Shown in pieces: positions 1-12,288 of a stretch of DNA of 64,000 nucleotides. The stretch spans positions 273,939-337,938 of the forward strand of contig QPGO01000038.1 of the NCBI GenBank assembly GCA_008632985.1, written 5' to 3'. The notes beneath the pieces are model-generated. The model did no database searches and was not told where the DNA came from. It saw nothing but the letters and a program-made list of their open reading frames with translations. The DNA comes from Psammoneis japonica. Lineage: Eukaryota. Each line of letters opens with the position of its first letter. Position 1 is the first letter of the stretch. The position numbers were made by a program, and so were the translations under genes.

Positions 1-3000
1 TGGGAGGCGCCAGAGCATGAGAAACAGAATGTCTGCAAACAACCTCTAATTTTGGCAGCAATGGGTGCACGATGGCCACAGAAACAAAATCACCTGTTGC
101 GCCAGAAACATTGACAAATGCATCAAGTGGCGATGCTTCAGGGGGATGTGATGGAGAGGAATCATTTGAAACCATCATGGTTGACTTTTGTGTTGGCTTG
201 TGCTGCTTTTCTCTTTTTGCAGAGAAGTGGCAAGTGCTGTGACCATTGATCATCCATCATTCTGTCATTGTCAGATTGTGGGCAATGAATCCTTGCAGGT
301 GGAAGCACGAGCGGCCCCTCGGACAGCAACCAAAAATGTGAAACTGCTTCAGCCTCCATTGCTTGACCTCCTTGTTGATGTTTTTGATGAACAACAAGCT
401 TGCTTTGTTGAGCACCTCATCCCATTGGATGGCACAACATTTGCTGTTTGCCCCCTCCCCCCCCCCGGCAGTTTGGTTTGCCAAGAAGAAGGGTCGTTGC
501 TCGCAGCAATGGAGGGGGAGGGGCTCTGGGTGCCACAGACTCTTCTGCTGTTTGCACCAATGCCCATCCAATCCTTGTTGTCCTGCATGCCAACACATTG
601 GAAATTTTTGAGTCACCGCTGTTGGTGCAATCTTCTCCATGATCATGGTGCCTCAAGAGTGGGTCCATTGCTGCCCAGCCTGTGCACAACCCCTGGGCTG
701 ATTTTGTGGCAGCAAAGGCATGCCCTTGGACTGGCGGGTGTCACTTGTCATTGCTGTCTGCCCGCCTTTTGTGACACCTGGGTTTTGTGTGATCCAATCT
801 GTTGTTCCTGACCCTGCTGCTTCACCAAATTCAGAGTGACCCCTTCATTGACTCACCTTGGTTGCAGCACTCTGCATGCTTCACAGCTCTGCTGTGCCAA
901 CGTTGTGCACCAGGGTGTCCCACAACACATGACAAGGTTTCACATGCCATTTGGTCTGAAGCCAATGAGTGCACTGCATTGTTGTGGCAGCTGGTCCATC
1001 ACAGCAGAGAGAGACCCCATCAAAGTGAGCATGCTCCGGAGGAGCTGATGCCAACATGAAGTTTTGCCTGTGCAAGTTGGACATGCCAAAATCCTGCACA
1101 GCACACAGTTGTTGGAAAACAACTCCACATTTAAAACATGAGTGGCTTCCTTGGGTCATTCCTCTCAGCTGCATGAGTTGGCAGGATGAGCCAGTGGCAG
1201 AAAAAGAGAGAGCACCATGCTCTTCAATTGAAGCTTTCTTCATGCCAAGCTTCTGCAAAATGTCAACATCTGAGTGCCCACATTGTGAGTTGTGAGTGTG
1301 GGAACACAGAGTTGGCATCATTGTCCTCTCCTTCTCCTGGCAGCATCATGACAGTGGATCCAGCCAGCTTCACAACATTGGGGTGGCATTGGAGCAGTGT
1401 GCTCACTCCTTTTCCAAACATTGCAAAAAAGAAGAGTTGCCACCTTTGTTGAGCTTGCTTGCCTGAGAGCTGTCTGCATGTGGTGTTGTTGTCATGCCAG
1501 TTGGAAGCAAGTGATGCTCATGCTGTTTCTGTTCTGCTGTGTCAAACTTGGGGCAAAGTGCAAAAGCTGTGATGTCCAGCTGCAGCACCAGAGTTCTCAA
1601 CATGCCTCTCCAAACTCAGGCTCAATGTTCTGTCATGCTTTCCTTTCAGATGGCACACAGCTTTGATGGTTTGACAGGTGTTTGGGTGTGAATGGGCATT
1701 GGCACCTTGCTGCATGAGCATGCAGCATTGTCATTGTCAGTGACAGTCAGCCATCGGCCAGTCAGCGGGCTCTTCTCTGATGCAACAAATGACTCAAACA
1801 CCTTGCCCTCAGCTCAGCTTGGTTTTGCCCATTTGGGGATTCCCCAAAATGGCCAGGGTGAGGGGGAGTTGCTGTGCCCGTTTGGGGAAAACCCGGGAAA
1901 TGAGGGCAATTTTGTGGGAAGGAACACCTGAAAGGGCTCAAGGGATGGAACACAAAATGAATGGAGTGCTGCAATGTGAGAAGCAATTGAAGTCAGGGCG
2001 GATGTGCTTTTGTTCCCATGATGACCAACGTCTCGATGCAACGACGTGATGCAAGACAACGACCAACACATCAACACACACATCAACACAAGCAGCTCCT
2101 TTTGGTGGAGCAAGGAAAGGACAAACTTTGCCATCATCAAATCAGCCATGTCAATGTTGCTCATGTGTGGCTCTGTTGTTTTTGCCTTGTCCTTTGCTCT
2201 GGAGCTCAAGAGAGCACCCGTGTGGAGCACTCTGACCTGTTGTCTGGCCCACAACAGCAGCAGTGTGATTCCACATGATGACATCACTCATGCACAGCAC
2301 GTGATGGTGTGATTTGCATGATCCACAATGCGAGCGCACAATCAATTGGCGCAATCCAAAATGCAAACGGACAGGAATTTGACGCGATTCCCCACTCGCA
2401 TGACTCCATTTCTCCACACATGAACTGGCTCATAATTTTCACAAACACACAGTTGAAACACATCTGCATTTTTGTTGCCTGTTGCATGCGTGAGGCAAAA
2501 CAACGACTGGCCATTCTTGCACTGGAGAAAGTGTGGCAGACAAAAGACTGTTGGCAATGCATTCCAGGCCCAGGTGGGAGCTCGCAGTGCTGACGTGTGA
2601 CACAATTGTTTTTCATCATCCGTTGCATGTTTTGCATGCACATTTCCATGTGTGACATTTCAAAAAATTGTTCCAGACTCGCTGTTTTGCAAAACCCCAG
2701 ATGTTTCATTTGACGAAATTGTGGGAACACAAACAGGCCAGGCGCATTCTTCAACGTCTGAAGAGTGCACCTGGCCAAGTGGAAAATGATGTGCTTCAAT
2801 CACACATGAGTTTGTGCATTGGCAAAATTGCCTCATTTTCTGTTGGCAATCATTGAAATGTCAACCACCTGACAGTTTCATTGCGGAGCTCGCACGTGGA
2901 ATTCTGCGGGCCCAATGTCACACGGATTCCCATCTGCATCTGGAACGCGTCTGGCTCCAATTGCTGACAACTCTGACATGTGAATGTGTGGTTCATTGTC

Positions 3001-6000
3001 TGCACATGTGTCGAAATCATGATGAGAGAAAAAGTGCAGCAAAATGAGCGTTCATCCCCACGTTCATTCCAGAATTGCTGAGGCACTTAAATGGGATTTT
3101 TATGGCGCCCATTTTTAAGTGCAAAAATTGTTGTTGTTGCACCCAATCACACACAAAAACAAGAACATCAAGCACCGTGATCAAAGCATGACACCAACGG
3201 CAATCTCAACATTCCTCCAAAATGCACTGGTCCGTCTGCAAACCTTTGGTGTGCATGTGACCTTTGATGCACAACAAACACAAAACAGACAGGAGTTGGC
3301 AGATGGACCACTTCCATCACAGACTTGTGGCTTGATGTTTTCACCATGGTGAAGCACAGTGAAATTCAGGACATGTCATGCAAATCATGAGCTGTTTGGC
3401 CAAATTTGAGCCAAAAAAGTGGCAAATGACCCCCCTCAATGGGGGCCCCCCACAAGTCTGTACGTTGCCCATCACAGCTGCTTCCGCTCTGTGACAGACA
3501 CGCTTCCATCACAAAAAAGCATGTCAACCATGAAGATTGCTGATGCTGCAATGCTTCCTGTCATCACATTTCCGGCCACCTTTGGAGGTGCATGGATGGA
3601 TCAGGACCTTGTTGTGAATGCACTAAAACATGGCAGCTTTCCAGGACTTCACAAGTCCAACATCTCATCTGTGCTGCAGGTGCCTCAAATTTGGCTGCCC
3701 TTCATGCAGACAACTGCCAAGGGATTTGCTTCTACAATGTTGCTCTAGTGGGTGAAGAACTCCAGCACAATCGCCATCAAGCACATGAGTCTGAAGGGTG
3801 GCTTCCTCAAAGGATTGGGAACAAATGTTTCCTCAGCAACTCAAGGGAAAAGGATGGCACTGCAGCACTGTGGAGGCATGTCGGAAGTGGTCCACTTGCA
3901 CAAGGAGAACAACGGCGATGCAAGTTCCAAAAGAAGTCTCGCAGACACAGAAGAATGCACTCGTGAAAACATCAAGCCACAAGTCAGTGACAAAGGTGGC
4001 CCATCTGCCAACTCTCATTTGTTTTGTGTTTGTTGTGCATCAAAGGTCACACACACATCAAATGTTTGTGGATGGACCACACTGCATTTTGGAGCTGTGC
4101 GGACATCACCGTCATCATTGTGCTTTGATTGCAGTGCCTGATGTTCTTGTTTTCATGTGCGATCGGGGGGTGAATGTAAATGATTTTTGCATTCAAAAAC
4201 AAGCACCACAAATGTCCTCATTCAAGTGCCACGGCAATTCCAGGATGAACACAGGGATGACCCCCCTTGACACGAGAAGGGTTGCACTCAACTCAAAAAA
4301 GTTGCTCCAGTGGATGGACGTGAAGACTTGCAGGGGGGTCCCCGTCAAGTTGTGTTGACTTGTGCACGCATGCAACAGTTGTCAAAAATTTGGAGTCCTG
4401 GCTGACGGTTGGTGCCCGGGTTCCGACACGGTGCTGCACTGCCACACACGGCAACGGAACATTTACATGGCAACATCATTTTTCACAGCACTGGCAGACT
4501 GGAGGCCCTCTGCTTCCTCAATGCACGCAGAGCATTGTCATGCTGTGCTGCACGGCACAGCACAATCACAGCACTGCATGACTGTTGCACTCTGTCCCAT
4601 GACGTTTAAACACGCCGTTGGGAATTTCGCGTCCACAGTGCCGCACTGCATTGTCACAATAGAATGACAGGCGCAAACTCCCCATCATGCGAGTGGCATT
4701 TTTTGTCAAAGGCAGCTGCACTCAAGGACAAGGAACAACATGCAAAGCAAAGTGCAACATGCAGACAAGGAGCTTGTGCAGAAACAAAGTGTCCAGCCAC
4801 ACCAGAGCACCAGTGGAGGAGTCCACAAGAGGAGGCAGAGCAACACAAAGAAGCAAGAAGAGAGAAGCCACCAGAGGGGACAAGAGCCTGCACAGAGGAT
4901 GGCGGCATGTGCTGTGCCTTGAAGAACCGGGTGGAAGGGGTGAACAAAATGCCAAAAAAGGGGGAAGTTGTGAGACTGTTTTGGGAGCAGAAAGCAAGAA
5001 GCAGTTGTGAGATGCTTTGCAGCATGACCCAGCAAAAGCTCGTTGCCGCCCCAGCAGGCCAGCCAAGAATGTCTGTGTGTTGTCCATGACCAAGCAGCAG
5101 CACCCTGAAAAGTGTTTTTAACACCACTTTGGGGTGTGACCCAGTTGTCATTGAGAGCTGTGCCTCACAAAAAACTGCTCCAGTGCTTGTCAGTGAATCT
5201 CCAGGCATGTGCGAAAGCACCAGAGCTTGCCAAAGATGTCTCTCTGCTGCTGTGCGCTGCTTCTGTCAAATGAGAGCACAAGCATGTGCTCCATGACCTC
5301 TTTGCAGAGCCAGGCAATCATCTTTGCAGCTTTGGTGTTTGGTGCAGAGTTCCCAGCACAGTGCTTTGCTGTGGCACCAACAAGGTCATGGGGGCAAGAG
5401 CAGCAGCGTCAGCAGCAAAAAGCAGCTCTGCTGTGTGTTGGAGCAGCAAGCAGCCAGAGCAACAACAACAAACAGAAAAGATGAAAAGAGCAGAAGTTTG
5501 CAGGCATGCAGCATCTGAGGTGGCCAGAAATGATCTCCAGTGTGTGCCAGCACAAGACAAGCAGTGGCAAAAGCAGGGTGAGAAAACAAAGGCTTGCTTT
5601 GATGAGGATGGCATGGGCAAAGTCAAGAAGCTCAGAGAGAAGTGAGCCAACTTGGTGCAGTCTTGGCACCAGGTGGTGGCTCAAGAGTGCATGTCATTGT
5701 GCACAGCCGCTGCTTGTGAGGCGCCAGCCAAGAGCAGCAGCAGTGCTGGCCAGCTCCCAGGAGCTGCCAGAGCTTGGCCGGCCTCTTGCATTGCCAGCTC
5801 AGAACACTTTGTGGAAGAGTTGAAAAGCAAAATGCTTTGATCCTTGTGTGTGGCATGGCGGCAGGAAGGAAGTGGGTGAGACAAGCTTGAAGTGCTGGGT
5901 GAGACAAGCTTGCTCTCTTCCACTGCAAAAGAAGAAACAACAACAACAGAGAGACACGGGGCAAGCAACAGCTGACAACAGCAATTCTTTCTGCTTGGAA

Positions 6001-6335
6001 TGCCATCACATTTTCTTTGTTCACTGTCCCAGTTGCTTGTGTTAGACTGGCGACATTTGTGCCACAAGATCCGTCTTCTCTGTGCGCTCTGCCGCATGAT
6101 GGCGGTTTGAAGCTGTCTTTGACTGACTGCTTGATTAAAATGACAAAGGGCAATGTGTGATGACTCAAAAAAAAGCACCCCGTTGAGCAAGCAAAAATTC
6201 GCCTTCATGTGCGGCATGACCTTGTCACGTCCTCTGCCTCATGCACGGTGCAAATTGTGTGCCGCGCACAAAGCACAATTGCTTGAAGAAGGATGACCTT
6301 CCATGTCAGCATTGTCGTCATGTGCGGTGTCCCAC
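1..6335. mobile_element. Heavily mutated (TpA/CpG-depleted) repeat/pseudogene debris; the first ~1.5 kb may be a non-LTR retroelement remnant on the - strand
   Basis: TA nearly absent; only spurious Cys/His/Gln-rich ORFs. The - strand peptide 'ILQKLGM...GVVFQQLCAVQDFGMSNLHRQ' only weakly resembles the post-RT region of non-LTR elements. Confidence 0.4.
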
Positions 6336-9300
6336 CACGGTGCTAATCTCAGCGACATGGCATCGTAGAAATGTGTTCTTTGCGCCAGAGGCACACATTT
6401 GTGAATGATGTGTTTCGCTGGCAGCGCTGCCGACAGATTTCCCTTTTTTCCACACTTCACCGTGACAAAAAAAAAATGGTGAGTTGCCGTTGCTTTCGAC
6501 GATGTCGTTTGCCAGAAGTGATGAGTGCGAGTGTCATGTTTTGACAAACTGTTGCCAATCACCATCGATGCTGATGACATTGCCAAAAACATCACAATCA
6601 CACTCATCAGGAGACCGTTTTTGGACGATGCCACTGTTGGCACCGCTGCAAAGCAAAATGGTGCGTGCCGCTGCTGTTGATCATGTGGTTTGCCAAAAAC
6701 AACACACACGAGGACTGTGTTTTGATGCAACATTGGCATTCAATGTCAACACCAACTGCACATGTAAAAACACATTGCTCTCGCATTCATCAGGAGACTG
6801 TTTTGTGATGACCCTGCTGTCTGCTGTTGTCGCCGCGACACAAGTTTCAGAATGTTCCCTCGGCGAGTTAAAAGTCAGGGGTGCTCATTGCTTGTTCACT
6901 TTGGCTCTTGCAGCCAGCTCTCACAATGTCTCACAGATGCACAGGAATGGAAAAATGGTGTTCACGAAGTGCGTTGCCATTTGGTGGTGGCTTTGACGCA
7001 CCCAGACCAGTCCATCTTGTCATTTTTCAGCATGTCCACTCCACCAAGTCAACAGTTGAGAGTGCGCATTGCGCTTTCACTTTGGCCCTTCTGGTCATCT
7101 CTCATGTCATCTTGCAGACACATGTGAGTGCAAAAACAGTGTTCAGGGAACACATTTGGAGGCCCTCTGATGGTTTGTCCCATCTCTTCCATTTGCCGTC
7201 GGCAGTTTTTGGAAGGTTCGCTGCTTCAGTGCATCATTCCAGTTGCTCTCTTTGCACCCAATTGGCTTGACATTTGCTGCAAATGACACATCAACAATCT
7301 GCAAAAAACAACTGTGTTGCACTGGGTTTAGAAGTTCTTCAGATGGCAGGAGTGACTGACCACCCCCTGACCTTGACGACCAAGTGTGCCCAAAAATGCC
7401 AAGTTCCGGCCTCTCCTTGTGCCACCAAGGTTGCAAATTGTAGTGAGTCAAACATGCATCTCGTCACAACAATCCAAAACAATGTTGGATGCTCTGTTGC
7501 AACATTCTGCGCTGTTCCTGGCCCCACAAGCGACCGGCAACTGCCGACTGAGGACCAAAGCTTGAAACAAAAATGCTGTGTTCCGGCCTCTTGTTGCACC
7601 ACCAAGACCGCATGCTGCAATGACTCAAGCACACATCTTGTCATGATGACCCAAAGCAACACTGGATGCCCTGTCGCAGGTTTCTAAATTGTTTCTGGCC
7701 CCACAAGCAACCAGCAACTGGTGACCGGAGAAAATGAAAAGCCGCGCCATGTCCATCAAAATGCCAAGAAACACAAAACCTTTAGAAGATGCCAACAAAA
7801 CAACAACACCATCACACTCTGCACACTTGAATTGCCTTGTGACAATGCTGTTGACGCCAGAATGTTGTCCCAATGATGGCCGATTTGTGAACAGAGACAA
7901 GTTGCAGAGAAAACAAAAAACCACCCTGTCCATCTAAATGCCAAAGAAACACAAAACCTTCAGAAGACAACAACAAAAAACCAGCACAATCATGCTCATC
8001 ATGTTCGAATTGCCTTGAATCAATGCTCTTGACCCTGTGACATTTTCCCAGTGACGGTGCATTCATTGACGCCATGCCACCATGGCTGTTTCATTCTCAC
8101 CTTTTTCATGAGAGTCCAGACAGTTGTTGAGGTTGTGGGCCCAAACCACACTGCGTCACTTCATGCACAGAAAAAATGCACTGCACCACACTGTTTGATG
8201 ACCTGCCAACAATGCGGTCTTGGCGCGCCAAGAGGCTGGAACACAGCATTTTTGTTTCAAGCTTTGGTCCTTGGTCGGCAGTTGCAGCTCACTTGTGGGG
8301 CCAGGAATGGTGCAGAACATTGTGACAGTGCACCCAACATTGTTTTGGATTGTCATGACGAGATGCATGTTTGACTCATTCATCACAATTTGTGACCTTG
8401 GTGGCACAAGGAGAGGCCGGAACTTGGCATTTTTGGGCACACCATTTTTCCATTCCTGTGTGTCTGTGAGACATTGTGAGAGCCAACTGTGAGATCCAAA
8501 GTGAACAAGCAACAAGCACTCCTGACGTTCGACTCACCGAGGGAACATGCTGAGACTTGTGTCACGGTGACAACAGCAGACAGCAGGGTCATCACAAAAC
8601 GGTCTCCTGATGAATGCGAGAGAGCAATGTTTTTGCATGTGCAGTTGGTGTTGACATTGAACGCCAATGTTGCATCAAAACACAGTCCTCTTGCATGTTG
8701 TTTTCGGCAAACTGTGTGATCAACAGCAGCGGCACGCACCACCTTGCTTTGCAGCAGTGCCAACAGTGGCATCGTCCAAAAACGGTCTCCTGATGAGTGC
8801 GAGTGTGATGTTTTTAGCAGTGTCATCAGCATTGACAGTGATTGGCAACAATTTGTCAAAACATCACACTCGCACTCATCACTTCAGGCAAATGACATCA
8901 TCGAAAGCAACGGCGACTCACCATTTTTTTCATCACGGTGAAGTGTGGAAAAAAGGGAAATCTGTCGGCAGCGCTGCCAGCGAAACACATCATTCACAAA
9001 TGTGCGCCTCTGGCGCAAAGAACACATTTCTACGATGCCATGTCACTGAGATTGCTGCACCACACCGACAGTCTGTCAATGGTTGAGAAGTCTTTTTTCC
9101 GGATGACCTCGCAGACCCCATGACCCATGCTGTGTCGATCGAAAGCTCGCGACGAGCTGGACAAGGTCAAACGCATGTTGCATCGGTTGGAGTGAGCGGA
9201 AAGCGAATGTTTGTCGTTGAAAGTTTGGTTTTTGTTTGAGCAAAAATGACTGTTACAATCGCCTTTTTCCAATTGATTTTTGCTTTTATGTGCAATCCTT

Positions 9301-10851
9301 GCTCACATCATGAATGTGACATTTGATCCGGGGTTCGGGAATCTTGCACAGGTTTGTGTGCTGAAGCACATGAGTTGCTTGTGGGACACCTTGTTTCCAC
9401 ACTTTGCTCTTGTTCTGGAGCTTTCACAATGGACGACATCAAAAATCAGCTTTCGTCACTCGCTGGAACTGGGTGTTTTTTAGCGAGTGACGAAAGCCGA
9501 TTTTCGACACGCCGCATGTTTTCCATCCGCCAATTTACAGCCGAAATTATCAGCAAATTGCAACGACAGGTGTCAGTCGTCGTAAATTCTCTCCCGTGGG
9601 TGTAATTTTCACGGCAAATTCGGCGTTTTGGGAGCTCGAACGTGCCACGTCACACAAGCCGCCCATTTTTTTTCTTTCTCTGCTCCGATCGCACAACAAC
9701 CATGATGGCTGCTGCCATGAACGGACCCGTTCATGCACGAACGACCGTCCTGTCTACGAAGGCAAGAATGCAGAGACAGGTCAATGAGACTGCGCTCGAT
9801 GCGATCAAGCTGTCACAATTTTGATTTTTTGTTGTTGTCATGGCTCATGACGACCGTGTCGACTGATGGCATTTTTGATGTCTTCGTTTCTCTTGTTCAG
9901 ATTTCGCATTGGGATTCTTCACAAACCACACGTCTGCAGACTTGAGGCTGAATCCTCGCAGCAATGTGTTGTGATCTGATGTCACACTGAGGTGGTTCTT
10001 TGGTGTGTGCTCAAGGTTGCTTGATTGATGGTCAAGAGTCAAGAATGCAACATTTTGGTCACTTCAACAACAACAGGAAGGCTTGTTGTGATGGAATGTG
10101 ACTGTGAAGAAGGCTGTGTGCACTCATTTCATCAATCTTGTCGGAAGTTGGGACAATGATGCCAGTGGGGGTCAATGTTTTGCACAACATCGTCGGCATT
10201 GTGCCTCACAGTGCCTTGCTCTGCTGTCTGGAGGCCTTCTCTGCGACTTGCTCTTTGTTGCTTTGCTCTTTGTCACTTTGCTCTTTGAAGTGGATTTGGG
10301 CCAATGGCAAACCGCAAGAGTCAACAATGGCGCCTTTTGGTGCCTCACATTCTGCAGAAACTACATTCAGCAGTTTTGCATGCTGCAGCCTCACTGCACG
10401 CCATTGTTTCGTGCGTCTTTCTGATCTCTCTGCAACTCTTGCCAGTGGATTGAATGTTGGACATGTTTCTTCTGACCTTCGCTGGTGTCATCCTGAGTCG
10501 TGGGTCACCGCAGAGCAATCGCAAAATGGACAACGATTGTCGCTGACAATGTTGTGGTGTCTCTCTAGCTAGCAGCTCTAGCCAGTGCTGCAGCAGCAGT
10601 GCAAACAGTGCTGTGGCGTGCAGCGTCCTCACCGAGCTCGACATGAGATTTTGATCTTTTTTACCGATCGAATTCGTTCCCAGCCTGACGCCCGTAAATG
10701 CGTAAATTTGGCCAAATTGTGTTCATTTTACGGCCGAAATTATCAGGGTGGGAACGTGCCTGAGTGTTTTCGGTGTCGAGATTTTTTGAACAGCAAAAAA
10801 AACAAAAAACTTCGCTGCCATTGACAGACCGTCGGTGCCGGCAGCACCGTG
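6336..10851. mobile_element. Non-autonomous TIR DNA element whose left TIR is interrupted by a foldback element
   Basis: Joining 6336-6344 (CACGGTGCT) to 9057-9082 (GCACCACACCGACAGTCTGTCAATGG) rebuilds an inverted match to 10818-10851 (CCATTGACAGACCGTCGGTGCCGGCAGCACCGTG). No transposase is recognisable. Confidence 0.65.
6345..9053. mobile_element. Foldback element with ~850-bp inverted arms and a 3-bp GCT target-site duplication
   Basis: 6345-6961 plus 7388-~7618 is the reverse complement of ~8207-9053 (mirror ORFs 6239..6739- and 8667..9086+). Termini are AATCTCAG...CTGAGATT, flanked by GCT at 6342-6344 and 9054-9056. Confidence 0.85.
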
Positions 10852-10899
10852 AATCACAAATCACAGCATGGGGGACGTCTTCGGAAGTGAGACTGTCGA

Positions 10900-11270
10900 A
10901 GAAAGTTACGTAGAATTTGTACTAAAACAGTCTGTCAATCAGTGCGATTGGGTATTTGGGACCTCTGGACAGATCCTACGTGTTTTCTTTTGCGTGCGCT
11001 GGGCTGCGCGTAAAACTGTTTGACCTGCCACCTCTTATTCTAAACCCAAAATTGGTCAAATTAAAAATTTGAGCACACCTTACATACCAAAATCGACCAT
11101 TTTCTTTCGATCTGTCGGCGGACCTAATGCGAAAAACGATCAGAAAGTCGATTTTTCGATGCAGAGGGTTTTCGAAAACTCAAAATAGACCCATTCTGCT
11201 GATTTTCGAGAATAGGTCCGCCGACAGTTCATTTCCTTATTGTTTTTAGTACAAATATGCGCAACTATCG
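10900..11270. repeat. Nested short inverted repeats in unmutated non-coding DNA (probable MITE or transposon end)
   Basis: ATTTGTACTAAAA (~10915) pairs with TTTTAGTACAAAT (~11244); perfect 15-bp IR CTGTCGGCGGACCTA 11112-11126 / TAGGTCCGCCGACAG 11213-11227; central palindrome GTTTTCGAAAAC 11168-11179. Confidence 0.55.
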
Positions 11271-12288
11271 ACCAAAAATTCCTTGTATTTGGTTTCGAAT
11301 AAGCACTTCCGTCTTATTTGCTTTCGCCCGTAGGAACCATACTGTCTCCTACTGACGGTGTCTCTGAACGCACGAAATGACCCCGTTATATACATCCTAA
11401 ATATCATATATAAATATATGTACACGTCATTTCATATGAATACCTACGTAAAATGTACATCCCTTCAACTTTGAACGTTTCTAGTTCACTCTAAACATCC
11501 ACCAGAGACCACAGTAAAGGCTGCGTTGGAAAGAGCAGATTCTCAGCTTTCCATCGATGTGCCGTTTGTTCCCCACGTACAATTTGTACTGGAGATACAG
11601 TCGTGGCAGTCCAAGCGGTTTTATGTCCAGCACAGCGTACAAATTGTACAGGGGTCACCGATCTAGTGTTTATTATTTATTATCCCGGACGATTACTTAT
11701 TCGTTAGACTTTATTGGCGAAGAAACGTGACAATTGCATTTAGGTAACTTTTATTCGAACATTTAGTGTGAGTTGAACTTACGTCAATGATGACGTCATA
11801 ACGGTCTTTCTGGGTAGGCGTGCGTCGGAACTGCCTGACACCGGCCTCGTTTGGCGTCGAAGGCTTAAATAAAATAGTAATAGATGATGTCATCAACTTA
11901 AGTAGGAAAATGTCCGACGTGTCTTCATGTCTTACGGATTTTATTTATGAAAATAATAAACACTGCATTTACGGTCAAATATAGAAATAAAATTATTTGG
12001 ATTCGTTAGCAATACAATGCTCGTGGAAATAATACGAAAAACAATAAACACTAGATGTGCGCGCTGCGCGATTTCGATTAGATCAGCGATGCCTGTACTG
12101 GGAAAACCCCAAACGCACTGGCGATCAGACCGCCTTCTACGATCTCACTTCCAAAGACGCCCCCCAAGCAGGTTGTTGTGGATGGATCGCTCGCAAGACT
12201 CCTCGCACTTCATTCAACGCGTCGAATGAGAGAGACGACGAAATTGTGAGCAAAAAAAGAAATCAACCCACAACAACAAACCAGGAAC

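Noticed and set aside
162..10864. Dozens of 60-200 aa ORFs as real genes
   Set aside because: They overlap in all frames, are Cys/His-rich and Tyr-free, and are explained by loss of TAA/TAG.
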